Virus record (IMG/VR): IMGVR_UViG_3300017925_000001 | Location: 32,001 to 96,000 of that record | Reading direction: 5' to 3' (one strand) | Source of the DNA: a virus | DNA length: 64,000 nt | Shown: positions 30,193 to 40,230 of the stretch, one piece after another | Layout of the letters: every line of letters begins with the position of its first letter | How positions within the stretch are numbered: the stretch's first letter is position 1 | Position numbers and translations under genes: made by a program | The notes under the pieces: generated by a model | Told to the model about the DNA's origin: nothing | Seen by the model: only the letters and a program-made list of their open reading frames with translations | The model's database searches: none

Positions 30193-30620
30193 TGTCAGAA
30201 GAAATTTTGGTCAGGTCATACGCCCCTTCGGACTTGGCGGCGATAAAGCGAATACATGAGCAGAACAAGCTAGACTTTCAGTTTCCCAACTTGGACTCAA
30301 CGCTGTTTCCCGCGCACAAGGTTCTGCTCATGAACGGGGAAGTCAAGGCCTCCTATGCATTGCGTCTGGTAACCGAGGCCAACCTCTGGCTGTCCCGAGA
30401 TGAGTGGACAGACGCCGAGGGCAAATGGGCAGCAATCAGGTTGCTCGACAAAGAGACCACCGAGGCAGCAGCAGATGTCGGTCTGGACGCAGTGCAGTGT
30501 TTCCTGCCTCCAGGCTACGAGAGATTCGGAAAACGAATTTGTGGTAAAGATGGCTTAGGTTTTTCTCCAGACCGCCCCGGGTGGTTGGGATACAGCAAGT
30601 TCATAGGAGTGAAGAAATGA
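30192..30620 (+). CDS. GNAT-fold-like protein (T7 gp13-like position)
   Basis: VR.Y.PSDL..I..IH ... LGF; precedes the ejection genes. Confidence 0.5.
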   Translation: MSEEILVRSYAPSDLAAIKRIHEQNKLDFQFPNLDSTLFPAHKVLLMNGEVKASYALRLVTEANLWLSRDEWTDAEGKWAAIRLLDKETTEAAADVGLDAVQCFLPPGYERFGKRICGKDGLGFSPDRPGWLGYSKFIGVKK

Positions 30621-31291
30621 AAGTTTATACACGTTTAGAATATCAAATGTTGCCCAATGGTGGGCTGGAGTTGATCTCCGAAGATTCGTACTCCTATGAA
30701 GGCCCTGTAGCACAGTGTTTGAGACAAGCAGCTGCACAGGCAGGACAAGCAGCTAACACTGCGGCGGCAACGGGTGCCCAGCTGGGCGGTGAGGCCCAAG
30801 GTGAGCTAGGCGTTCTGAATCCATTCGCCACTCGTGAAATGCAGGCTGAGCATGCTTTTGATCCGAGTCAGCTCAATGAATTGCTCACAGCAGCCGGAGC
30901 AGGGGCTGGGGGAGTGACAGGGGCAGCACAGGCTGCTATGCAGCGCCAAGCGGCTTCTACAGGCAATGCGGCGGGTGCGACCAAAGGCTTGCAGGAGTTG
31001 GCGCGTGACCGTATGAAAGCGCAAGCTGGGGCATCCGAAGGTATCGCAGGTGAAGACGTACTGGGTGCGCAGAAATTGCGTCAAGAAGGCGCTGGATTAG
31101 AGTCAGGTCTTTATGGAGAAAACTTAAAAGGCATGCTTTCCGCGATGGGGCAGGTTGCTCCAGATGTACAAGCTGAGACTGCAGCATCTAAAACTGGATG
31201 GCTGCAGAATGCTGAAGGTGCCTTAGGTAGTTTAGCAAGTACTGCTGCACCTTATCTAAAAATGTATGGACCCGGTGGAACGAACACCTAG
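30617..31291 (+). CDS. Internal virion/ejection protein
   Basis: MKVYTR...DSYSYEGPVAQC N-terminus; Ala/Gly/Gln-rich helices. Confidence 0.65.
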   Translation: MKVYTRLEYQMLPNGGLELISEDSYSYEGPVAQCLRQAAAQAGQAANTAAATGAQLGGEAQGELGVLNPFATREMQAEHAFDPSQLNELLTAAGAGAGGVTGAAQAAMQRQAASTGNAAGATKGLQELARDRMKAQAGASEGIAGEDVLGAQKLRQEGAGLESGLYGENLKGMLSAMGQVAPDVQAETAASKTGWLQNAEGALGSLASTAAPYLKMYGPGGTNT

Positions 31292-31300
31292 GAGCATAAA

Positions 31301-33577
31301 ATGCCAGATGAAACGATGATGGGACGCGTAGCTGAGCGAGCACGTCAGCTTTATTCTCAAGGCAAAGCCCTGGTTGCCCCTATGACAAGCGAGCAGCAAG
31401 GTTTGAAAGAGAAGCAGCATCAGATTGATGAAGCTACGCAGACACCTGCCGAAACTCCTAAGATGAACTACACGCCTGCCCCGTCTGACTATGTACACCC
31501 AGGTATGAAGTATGGGGACAAGCCGGGGGAGCAGCGCTTGCCTGTATATGATGATGGTGGAGATGTGCCAGAGGATCAAGTTGCAAAGCTAGGGCAGGGG
31601 GAACGTGTACTCAATCCACAGGAAGCTGCAGCGTATCGTCAGGCTGAGCAGGAATATAATGTGGCCCCTGGGGAAATGAAACAAGAAGGTATGATGGTAG
31701 ATGTAGGTGGAGCTAAAGCTATTCCTAATCCTAAGGGGATAAAGCCCATGATGGATACAGAGCCGCCTGAACAACATGTTGCTCCTTTGCAGGGCGCTAC
31801 TATGCACATGGAGAATGCTCCTATAGGCAAATCTGTGATGAACACTGAAAAAGCACCTTTACAAGGGGCAGACACAGTAACCCCGCGTCAAGAGACTCCG
31901 ATGCAGGAGATTTCTACCATGGGCACGCCCAGGATGCGCATAGAAACTCCCATGTCCTCGGGCACTACGGATCATCCAGAAGCTCCTCAGCAAGGTGAGG
32001 AAGCAGCTGCTCCCACGGAAGTCCCGAGGTTCTCAGTAGACAAAAGTTTTGGAGCCCTTGGCGAGAAGATGGACAAGCAGAAGCAGATTGAAGATGACCT
32101 GAAGGTTGTAGAGCAAGACAAGCTTGCTGCAATGCAATCCGGGGATCTGACAAAGCTTGGGATGGCAAATATTCATGAAAGACAACTGAAAGCAGCGTTG
32201 CCTGAGTTGCCACAACCTACACCACCGACTGCGCGTGAGAATGTGATGAATCAGGAGAAGGATTTTCGTAACAAGATGATCAACGCCCCTAGCGAACAAG
32301 AGCGCTTCCAGGCCGAGAAGGATCTGGCTGAGATGCAACGTCGTACACCGTGGGGCACTGAAGGATCAGCACACCCCGGAGTTTTGGGCAAGATTGGTCA
32401 CGTTCTTGGCGGTATTGGTCAGGCGGCTGCAATGGGGACAGTTCCTTATGCGCTTCCGATGATCCCTGGTACACAGGCGAATATTGCAAAGCATGAAGCT
32501 GTTGGCGAGCAAGGGGTTGAGCAGGCGCAGAAGAAAGAAGCTACTGCAGCTGAGACTGGCTTGAAAGAAGCACAAACGCGTATGGTTGGAATGGGTACAA
32601 CCGTACCCGAAAAGGTATATAATTGGGCTATGAAAGGAAATGCTGGCCAACCAATGATCAACCCTGATACGCAGAAGCCTTATACACCCCCTGAAGCTCA
32701 AACACTGTCCACCGGGGAAGGCAAAAACGTAGCAGAGCAACTGGCACGTGCCCTTATTCATAAAGTTAACCCTGAAACAGGACAGAATTATACACCGGAT
32801 GAGGCTTTAATAGAAGCAATGAAGCAGCAATCTGGGGCTAAAATGAACGAGCATCAGAAGCGCGTAGCTGATTATGTGTCTGCGCATAATATGGAAGACA
32901 CACCGGCTAACCGTGAAACTGCTCGTATAGCTTTAGAGTCCGCAGATACAGCAGCGAAGCAAATTGCAGCACTTCCGTATGCAGAGCAAAAAACTAAGTT
33001 CAGCAGTGATCTTGCTACTACTCGTGCATTGTTGGTCCAGCAAAACGCTGACGCTAACGGTCGGGGCTTGGAGGCTGACAAACTTCAGAACACTGAGAAT
33101 GCTCGTTATAACAAAGTGAACAGCATGATCCAAATGGGTTTGAATGCTGTCAACACTTCAGACCACTCGGAATTTGCAGCTAGCATAGCTCCAGTTGCCA
33201 CACTCTTTGCAGCAACAAATGAAGCTGGTATTAAGCGTGTGAACGCAGTCGAGTTGGCAAAATTCATGCCAGCCAACGGTAGTTTGTTGCGCTGGGCTGA
33301 AACCCATGCTGACAAATGGACGGCGGGTGATATCCCTGATGAGTACAGGAAAGAAGTGAAAGAGTTCTTGACTAATATGGGCAAACAAGAAGAAATCACT
33401 CACACAGCCAATTCTAAGAGTATTGATGATACTGTTCGTAGTGGTGGTCAAGAACCAGTACAGAAGCCTGCGGGTGGCGCAGAAGCTACACCAAAGAAGT
33501 CTGAATCTAAAGCGCCTCCAACAGCACCTCCAGTTGGCAGTGGTTTTGCAGCGTGGAAAGCACAGCAATCGAAGTAA
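31301..33577 (+). CDS. Internal virion/DNA ejection protein
   Basis: 758 aa, helical, with a central hydrophobic GxxxG stretch; position in the ejection block. Confidence 0.6.
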   Translation: MPDETMMGRVAERARQLYSQGKALVAPMTSEQQGLKEKQHQIDEATQTPAETPKMNYTPAPSDYVHPGMKYGDKPGEQRLPVYDDGGDVPEDQVAKLGQGERVLNPQEAAAYRQAEQEYNVAPGEMKQEGMMVDVGGAKAIPNPKGIKPMMDTEPPEQHVAPLQGATMHMENAPIGKSVMNTEKAPLQGADTVTPRQETPMQEISTMGTPRMRIETPMSSGTTDHPEAPQQGEEAAAPTEVPRFSVDKSFGALGEKMDKQKQIEDDLKVVEQDKLAAMQSGDLTKLGMANIHERQLKAALPELPQPTPPTARENVMNQEKDFRNKMINAPSEQERFQAEKDLAEMQRRTPWGTEGSAHPGVLGKIGHVLGGIGQAAAMGTVPYALPMIPGTQANIAKHEAVGEQGVEQAQKKEATAAETGLKEAQTRMVGMGTTVPEKVYNWAMKGNAGQPMINPDTQKPYTPPEAQTLSTGEGKNVAEQLARALIHKVNPETGQNYTPDEALIEAMKQQSGAKMNEHQKRVADYVSAHNMEDTPANRETARIALESADTAAKQIAALPYAEQKTKFSSDLATTRALLVQQNADANGRGLEADKLQNTENARYNKVNSMIQMGLNAVNTSDHSEFAASIAPVATLFAATNEAGIKRVNAVELAKFMPANGSLLRWAETHADKWTAGDIPDEYRKEVKEFLTNMGKQEEITHTANSKSIDDTVRSGGQEPVQKPAGGAEATPKKSESKAPPTAPPVGSGFAAWKAQQSK

Positions 33578-33594
33578 TCGTATAGGAGTCAAGT

Positions 33595-36500
33595 ATGCCT
33601 ACAGTAGAAGAGCTTCAGGGAGACAAGGATTTCATGGCGGCTACACCCGCTGATCAGCAACGATATTTATCCTCTGTTGACCCTGAATTTAAGGCCGCAC
33701 ACCCTGAGGATCAATCTGCATACTTGGCTCATGTTACCAATGCACCAACAGGTGAGCAACCAAAGCAAGGTGCGCTTGACACAGCTAATCAGCAGTATGA
33801 AGGTCCTGGGGTAGTCAATGCTTTGGGGCGCGTAGCTACTATGCTACCAAACATGGCTAAACAGGCGTACCATGCTTTCACAGACCCGCGTACGGAAGAG
33901 GAAAATAAACTAGATAAAACACCTGTGGTTGGTAATGCTGCATTGGCCGCGAAGCGCATGCTGTTGGACCCAAGTCAACAGGCGTATGAGAAGACAGAGA
34001 AAATGGCGAGAGACCGTGAACAGTATTTTGCTGAGCATGGTCAAGAAGATCCCCATCCGATACAGGCCAAGATGGCTGAGGCTGGCGGTAAAGCCATGTC
34101 AATGATCCCGATGGTCGGGCCTTGGGGTATGAGTTTAGGAGAGCGTGCCGGTAAGGGAGATGTCTCTGGCGCGTTGACCGAGGCGGGAAGTCTGGCTCTT
34201 GCTCCTGAGATCGCGCATGAAGCAATGCCGGGTGGAGCATTACCGGGCGCGGCTGAAGCTGGCGCTCGTCCATTACCTACAGCTGATGCGGCTGTTCGCA
34301 TGGGAGCACGCGGAGCTACTAAAGTACAACCTATGCTACCCACAGCAATTGGTGCAGTAGCAGGTGAAACCGTTGGTCACCCTTATTGGGGCGCTATCGC
34401 TGGGCGTATTATGCTTCCACAAGCGTGGCTTGGTCCTCTTCTGGAGAAAGGCCGAACTTTTGGTCTTGATGCTAATGAGGCAGGTATTGTACATCTAGGT
34501 GAACGATTACAACAAGCGGAAGCTGCTGCTGCTGAAGCTAAGACTGCGTATGATGCGCACAAACCTGGACGAGAGCAAGGTATTCCTGCTCCTAAGGAAG
34601 TGCTTGATGCATATGAGAAAACACAGACTGCTCTGCAGACAGCGCAAGCACACTTCCAAGCTGCACAAGAAGACTACCTAGCTAAGAGAGGTAGACCTCC
34701 AGTATCTATGGAACTTTCCCCTGAGCAACAAGCTGCCCAGGCTGAGCGTATGACGCCCCCTCCGACTAATGAAAAGCTGGGAGCACGCCAAGAAAAGCTG
34801 ATGGCAGACATAGAGGCCAAGGCTCCCCCGTATGCAGAAGGGACTGAGCCACTTCCTCGGATGGGAGAAAAACAACCTGGGATGACCGAAGGTAAACCGG
34901 AGGTCCCTGCCGAGGTAAAGCCCGAGGTTGCCCCTATCATGACCGCAGGTAAACCTGAGCGTGCCCCAAGTATGGCTGGGCTAAAAGTGACGCCCGAAGG
35001 CAAAGTAGAGGATACCACCGCTATACAAACGGCAACCAAGGAAGCCCTAGGGGCAGAGAAACCAGCTAGGATGGTCCCAGCTACCGAAGGTACGGCAGTG
35101 AGACCTGGGGAAGTGCCACCGATGCGTGGTGAATATACTCCAGCACCTGCACCAGCACCAGAAGTTAAGGCAGCTCCAGTTCCAGAAGCTAAGATTCCTG
35201 CAAAGGAACCCGGTCTGATGGGCCCTGAGAAGGAATTGGCGCACGAAGGACGCTCACCTGAGGATCTAGCGAAGGTAGACCGTGCCGTCGCTGAACTGCC
35301 CAATCAAGACCTCCAAAGGCTGGGCACACGTTTTGGTCTAGATGAGTCAAAGTATGACTTCTCAAAGCGCGAAGCTACCCGTGAGGGTGGCAGCAAGCAC
35401 CCAATAGAGCGTGAGAAATTCTCCAAGGACACCCAGGAAAAACTACCTGAAGCCCTGAAGAACCATATCGTAGATGCGGCGAAAGCCTTTGATGAGAAGA
35501 ATCCCGATGTCTTTAGTCCGCAGGACTTGAGTTCTTCTGGGAATGCTGCGCGTGCCAGAGCCATCCTGACTGAGGCAATGAAGCGCTATACGGACGAACT
35601 TGCTGCCAAGGGGCAAGCAGGGGGCGCACCTGCTGACATACGTACGCAGGTCGGAGCACACAACGCTAATGGAGGCTCTACATTTCACCCAGAAAAAGGT
35701 GATCTAAAAGGCCAACCCTACTTTGCTGTGGGCGGTGAGCCTGAGTTCAAGAACCCAGACCTGAAGATGACAGTCAAGGGCGGGGAATTGACTGCTGAGC
35801 AACTCAAAGAATTCTCTGAGCGTCCTGCGGTTAAGGAAGCACTTGCTAAGCATCCCGATGCCAGCATAGGTACATGGCATGATACTGGGGAAGACAACAC
35901 AGTTGTGGAATTGGTTAAAACTCCAGCAGCTCGTGACGAGGCTATCGCCATGGGTGTCAAGAATGGCGAGAAAGCCATCTATGATCTGAAGGAAGGCAAG
36001 GAAATCCCTACTGGGGGCGACCAAAGCAAGATGAGCGCAGAGGATCGCGCCAAGGTTCAAGAAGAGCTTGCCAAGGAAGGCCAAAGTGGTGGTGCTCCTG
36101 GTGTAGTTACCAAAGAGGCCAAACTACCCACAGGTGATGACTTGATCAAGAAGTATGGGGAATCCAGTGGGGACCCTGCGCAGACTACATTCATCCTGAA
36201 GGATGGACGTGGTGTAGCCAACACTGGTGTTGACCATGATGTGATGCTGGGTGGCAAAGCTACCGATGTAAATCCTCGGCGCGAGCAGTTCATACAGGAT
36301 GGAAACATTCGCGTACGTCCTCGCTCGGGAGGCAAGGCCGGTAGAGAAGTAGCCATCTCCATACCAGATGATGGAATCACTGCAGAGCAGATGAAGTACC
36401 TTCAGAAGATGAGTCCGCAGTTACGAAGCGGAGTCGTCATGATGGAGGGTAGCAAAGCTGGTTCCAAGTACAAGGTTCTGGAGTATGGCGCTGCTACAAA

Positions 36501-37680
36501 TGAAGCTCTGGAAGATGCAGTCAATCACATTACCAATGATGCAGGTAAGCATCTTCCCCCAGTCAGTGGTGGGTCTGGTGCAGCAGACAAAGCTGCTAAG
36601 GTAGCCAAAGAGCTGCCCCCTCTTCCTGAATTAGCTGAGAAACATTTGACTCCCGAGGAGAAGTTGGGAGTGAGCAAGTCGGAAGCTCAGCAAACCAAGT
36701 TTATTGAGCGTATGGAGCAGATCCCAGAAGTTCATGAATACAGGGATATAGCTTTGGTTGGTGAAGGTGCTAGAAAATGGTACCAGAGAAGTTCCCAAGC
36801 TTTCGACGCTATGGCTGAAGAAGCTCCTGAATACTTCAAAGATGGTGATAAGGAAAAATTCATCAATCTATTAGCTGCCAGTTCACCTCGGCAGTCTGTA
36901 GCGATGAATCTACGTGAGACATTACGTACATGGACAGCCTATGTTGATGCAAATCGACCCACAGGGCAACCTTTGGAAGATTTGTTGAAGGAGAATTTGA
37001 CTTCTGCAACATCCAAGGTACCCAATGCACTGAAAGCCATCAATGGCGAAGACATGTGGCCGGACATCACGAAGAATAAAGCGTTCAAGGTACCAAGTTT
37101 TGCAAGAAACTTGAGAGGATATCTCGATTCTGTTACCAACGATGGGTGGATGTCTCTGTTTGCTGGGCTTGATCCCAGGGAGATCTCCAGTGCTCACTCA
37201 TATCACCCTCTGTCTGTTGCTACGCGTGCTGCCGCTGAAGAACTTGGCTGGAGCCCTGCGGAAGCGCAAGCGTCAATTTGGAGTTTCACACAAGCTTTAA
37301 CTGAGCGTGGTGAAGAATTACCTGAAGAAGTTCGTAAGCATTCTGAGGACTTTGTTGACCTCTTAGCTCACGACCCACAAGTACGTGGTTTACTAGCAGA
37401 TCTAGGAGTCTCACATGCCAACCTCGACGCAAAGCTCGCAGCCATCGGAGAAAAGCCAGAAGTCTCCGGTAGAACTACGCCAACTACTTCTCGCAGTATT
37501 GAGCGGCTTAAAGAACGCATCGAAACAGCAAGAGGTAAAGGAACCATCCCACCTCCAAAGTCAGCCCAAGGAGAATTTGGGTTCCGAGAAGCTCCAGCAG
37601 GAGAATCTCGGTCCAGACTCAAGGATGAGGATGTCGAATTCAACACTGCAAAGATGAACGCTGTTCGAATGAAACGATAG
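33595..37680 (+). CDS. Large multidomain ejection protein with C-terminal glycosylase-like domain
   Basis: 1361 aa; WY...LLAASSPRQSV..NL...K...F..NL...VTND.WM...QA.IW motif series near the C-terminus. Confidence 0.65.
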   Translation: MPTVEELQGDKDFMAATPADQQRYLSSVDPEFKAAHPEDQSAYLAHVTNAPTGEQPKQGALDTANQQYEGPGVVNALGRVATMLPNMAKQAYHAFTDPRTEEENKLDKTPVVGNAALAAKRMLLDPSQQAYEKTEKMARDREQYFAEHGQEDPHPIQAKMAEAGGKAMSMIPMVGPWGMSLGERAGKGDVSGALTEAGSLALAPEIAHEAMPGGALPGAAEAGARPLPTADAAVRMGARGATKVQPMLPTAIGAVAGETVGHPYWGAIAGRIMLPQAWLGPLLEKGRTFGLDANEAGIVHLGERLQQAEAAAAEAKTAYDAHKPGREQGIPAPKEVLDAYEKTQTALQTAQAHFQAAQEDYLAKRGRPPVSMELSPEQQAAQAERMTPPPTNEKLGARQEKLMADIEAKAPPYAEGTEPLPRMGEKQPGMTEGKPEVPAEVKPEVAPIMTAGKPERAPSMAGLKVTPEGKVEDTTAIQTATKEALGAEKPARMVPATEGTAVRPGEVPPMRGEYTPAPAPAPEVKAAPVPEAKIPAKEPGLMGPEKELAHEGRSPEDLAKVDRAVAELPNQDLQRLGTRFGLDESKYDFSKREATREGGSKHPIEREKFSKDTQEKLPEALKNHIVDAAKAFDEKNPDVFSPQDLSSSGNAARARAILTEAMKRYTDELAAKGQAGGAPADIRTQVGAHNANGGSTFHPEKGDLKGQPYFAVGGEPEFKNPDLKMTVKGGELTAEQLKEFSERPAVKEALAKHPDASIGTWHDTGEDNTVVELVKTPAARDEAIAMGVKNGEKAIYDLKEGKEIPTGGDQSKMSAEDRAKVQEELAKEGQSGGAPGVVTKEAKLPTGDDLIKKYGESSGDPAQTTFILKDGRGVANTGVDHDVMLGGKATDVNPRREQFIQDGNIRVRPRSGGKAGREVAISIPDDGITAEQMKYLQKMSPQLRSGVVMMEGSKAGSKYKVLEYGAATNEALEDAVNHITNDAGKHLPPVSGGSGAADKAAKVAKELPPLPELAEKHLTPEEKLGVSKSEAQQTKFIERMEQIPEVHEYRDIALVGEGARKWYQRSSQAFDAMAEEAPEYFKDGDKEKFINLLAASSPRQSVAMNLRETLRTWTAYVDANRPTGQPLEDLLKENLTSATSKVPNALKAINGEDMWPDITKNKAFKVPSFARNLRGYLDSVTNDGWMSLFAGLDPREISSAHSYHPLSVATRAAAEELGWSPAEAQASIWSFTQALTERGEELPEEVRKHSEDFVDLLAHDPQVRGLLADLGVSHANLDAKLAAIGEKPEVSGRTTPTTSRSIERLKERIETARGKGTIPPPKSAQGEFGFREAPAGESRSRLKDEDVEFNTAKMNAVRMKR

Positions 37681-37681
37681 T

Positions 37682-37765
37682 ATCCCTCGGGGTTGCTCCC
37701 GAGGATAGAGTGGGGAGGTGCTCATTCCACCTCCCTGCTCGACCTGAATGAGAGGAAAACATATG
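37682..37765 (+). promoter_or_regulatory. HEG-leader RNA, copy 5
   Basis: ATC-CCTCGGGG-ttgc-TCCCGAGG; TAGAG; GGGAGGTG/CACCTCCC; CTC-GACCT; loop CTCATTC (37721-27) pairs GAATGAG (37746-52), which overlaps GAGG. Confidence 0.85.
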
Positions 37766-38263
37766 CCAGCAAAAGGACAGTTTCAAACACACTGTAAACG
37801 TGGCCACAAAATATCAGGAGACAATCTGCATATTGTAAAAAGTACAGGTCAAAGAATATGCAGACGATGCCGAAGAGAAAGAGTCAGCGTCTATAGGAGT
37901 TCTGAAAAAGGAAAAAAAGCATCACGTAGTACAGCTAACAACAATAGAGAAAAGATAAAGGTAGAAGTTCTCACGCACTATGGAAAAGGTGGGAAGCTTA
38001 TGTGTTGTTGGTCTGGTTGCAAAATTTGTGACTTAGACATGCTAAGCTTAGACCATGTGAAAAATGATGGTCAAGAACACGTTAGTGAAACAGGTATAAG
38101 GTATCTAGGCATACGTCTATATAGATGGGCAAGGAGAAATAATTTTCCAAAAACTTTGCAAACCCTATGCTTTAACCATCAGCACAAAAAAGAAATTGTC
38201 AGGCGCAAAAAGAATAGGATCGACAATCGTGAAAGAGATGCCAAGCGCATCGGAAGGAATTAA
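37763..38263 (+). CDS. HNH-type homing endonuclease
   Basis: THCKRGH...R.CR.C zinc finger; LSLDHV.NDG...LQTLCFNH. Confidence 0.8.
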   Translation: MPAKGQFQTHCKRGHKISGDNLHIVKSTGQRICRRCRRERVSVYRSSEKGKKASRSTANNNREKIKVEVLTHYGKGGKLMCCWSGCKICDLDMLSLDHVKNDGQEHVSETGIRYLGIRLYRWARRNNFPKTLQTLCFNHQHKKEIVRRKKNRIDNRERDAKRIGRN

Positions 38264-38265
38264 CA

Positions 38266-38967
38266 ATGCCAGCTTATCAGACTACACCTTTCAAGCCAAC
38301 CCCAAAGGTCATGACTCCCGGTATACCCGCGTATTTTTGGGGAACGTGGAACGACAAAACCGGAAATACTACGGGCAAAGTTATTAGCAATTCTGCTGCT
38401 AGTACAACTGCTACAGTGACATTGCAGATTCAATCTGGAAATATCCCAGTAATAGGGGCTCTTATTAGTATTGTAGGTTCAACTAACTCTGCTGGCATTT
38501 TCAATGTTACTAACGCAGTTCTCTTATCAGTTTCATCGCCTGCAAACCCTGACGAGGGCATTTACACAGTAACATTTGCAATTTCTTCTACAACTCAGTC
38601 TACTATGACTGATTCTGGTATATTCCAAATACCACAGTCAGAAATAGGTGAACCTCTGGCAGCAGGTGCATCTGCACCGCTCGTTCAGATGTACAATATC
38701 ATGTCCGCTAACCTGAGTCAGGCTGTGACTGTCGTGGCATCGTTCCCAAGTTTGCCAACGTCCGTGATTCTCTATCTGCAGCAAGCTCTGCAGGACCTGG
38801 ATTCCGAGTATCAGACTGTTGCGACTATAGCAACGGTCAGTACTGGGGCAGTGCAAGGGTCTCCCCAGATTTCAGTAGACCCCACGCTTGGGCGCTTTTT
38901 CAGAGTACTCAACGGAACCGTGGTGGGCGGAACACTACCTACCGTCATTTGTAAAATAATGATCTAA
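38266..38967 (+). CDS. Hypothetical virion protein
   Basis: 233 aa, Ser/Thr-rich beta protein; P..G..I.I.G module resembles inserts of the nozzle protein. Confidence 0.6.
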   Translation: MPAYQTTPFKPTPKVMTPGIPAYFWGTWNDKTGNTTGKVISNSAASTTATVTLQIQSGNIPVIGALISIVGSTNSAGIFNVTNAVLLSVSSPANPDEGIYTVTFAISSTTQSTMTDSGIFQIPQSEIGEPLAAGASAPLVQMYNIMSANLSQAVTVVASFPSLPTSVILYLQQALQDLDSEYQTVATIATVSTGAVQGSPQISVDPTLGRFFRVLNGTVVGGTLPTVICKIMI

Positions 38968-39026
38968 AGCTAGGAATGGCCGGTGCTTTCCCCCGGCCTC
39001 ATCTTTGCATTTCGAAGGGCACCCCT

Positions 39027-39242
39027 ATGGGATATAGCAATGAATTAGAAGTAACGAATCTCTTGCTTACCACCAATCTGCTACAGCAGACCAATGAACT
39101 TCAGGTTGCTAATGCTCTTTGGGCTGGAGGGGGGCAACCAATCCCCCCTAGTCCTCCGGTTTCTGCAAGCGGTTTCGAATTGGAAGATGGATCAGGAGTA
39201 ATTTTGTTAGAGAGCGGGGATATCCTGCTTTTGGAGAATTAA
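39027..39242 (+). CDS. Small virion protein with LEDG/LESG repeats
   Basis: FELEDGSGVILLESGDILLLE C-terminus. Confidence 0.6.
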   Translation: MGYSNELEVTNLLLTTNLLQQTNELQVANALWAGGGQPIPPSPPVSASGFELEDGSGVILLESGDILLLEN

Positions 39243-39246
39243 TAAT

Positions 39247-40221
39247 ATGGCAAATACTAAAATCAGCGCTCTCACTTCTGGCAACCCTGCACAGGCTGGA
39301 GATGTAATTCCCATCGACCGTACAGGCGCAAACTTTTCAATTACAGCAGGTAGTATAGCTGCTCTAAACACTCTGCCTCAAACTGCTGCTGCTGTCGGAT
39401 CAAAGTGGCTAAACAGTTACACAGCGTCCACAGGTGTATTCACAGAAACCCAGCCTACATTCACCGATTTATCGGCACACCCTACTACTCTTTCTGGGTA
39501 TGGCATTACTGATGCTCTTCCTATCGCTGGAGGAACTCTTACAGGTGCTCTATTATTCTCTGCTGATAACACATACGCTATAGGAGCAGCGGGTGCCACA
39601 CGTCCAAGTACAGTGTATGCGGGCACTTCAGTTGTTTCGCCCCTTGTGTCTATACCGTCTACTGGTGTAGTGGAATGGAGTATAGGGAGTAGTCCTGCTG
39701 GTATTAGTTATACAGGAGCTGCATCACTTTCTATAGGTAATGGAACTTCTGGTGATTATTCTGGAGAGCTAAAGTTATCTACGCTGGACATTGGAGCGTA
39801 CGCGGTTACCACACACATTCAGATTAGCGCAGCTAATAGCAATATCACATTTCAAGATTCTTCGGGTGATCCAAAAATTGATTTAACGAGTACTGCTGGT
39901 CTTTTACTGTCAGATGATCTATATATAGGGTGGGGAGCCGATAGTGTACACTATTTTCCTCCTAGCACAAGTATTTCAAATCCTTCGGCTGGTACTGTTT
40001 CAATAGATACTACATCTGTTGGCAATGGCCTTGGCTCTCTCACAGCAGCTAAATTAATCGAGAATGCTACGCTTACCCCTGCTTCCGCTACGACAGCAGG
40101 AGTAACAGGACAAATCGCTTGGCAAGGCACGAATGGCACAACTGGACAAATCTTCATTTGTACTTCTGGTGGTACCGCAAGCAACGCAATCTGGATGGCT
40201 GCAGCGTTGACCAAGGTGTAA
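39247..40221 (+). CDS. Tail fibre protein
   Basis: MANTKISAL N-terminus; PTTLSGYGITDA and LP.AGGTLTG fibre motifs. Confidence 0.8.
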   Translation: MANTKISALTSGNPAQAGDVIPIDRTGANFSITAGSIAALNTLPQTAAAVGSKWLNSYTASTGVFTETQPTFTDLSAHPTTLSGYGITDALPIAGGTLTGALLFSADNTYAIGAAGATRPSTVYAGTSVVSPLVSIPSTGVVEWSIGSSPAGISYTGAASLSIGNGTSGDYSGELKLSTLDIGAYAVTTHIQISAANSNITFQDSSGDPKIDLTSTAGLLLSDDLYIGWGADSVHYFPPSTSISNPSAGTVSIDTTSVGNGLGSLTAAKLIENATLTPASATTAGVTGQIAWQGTNGTTGQIFICTSGGTASNAIWMAAALTKV

Positions 40222-40230
40222 AGGAGATTT

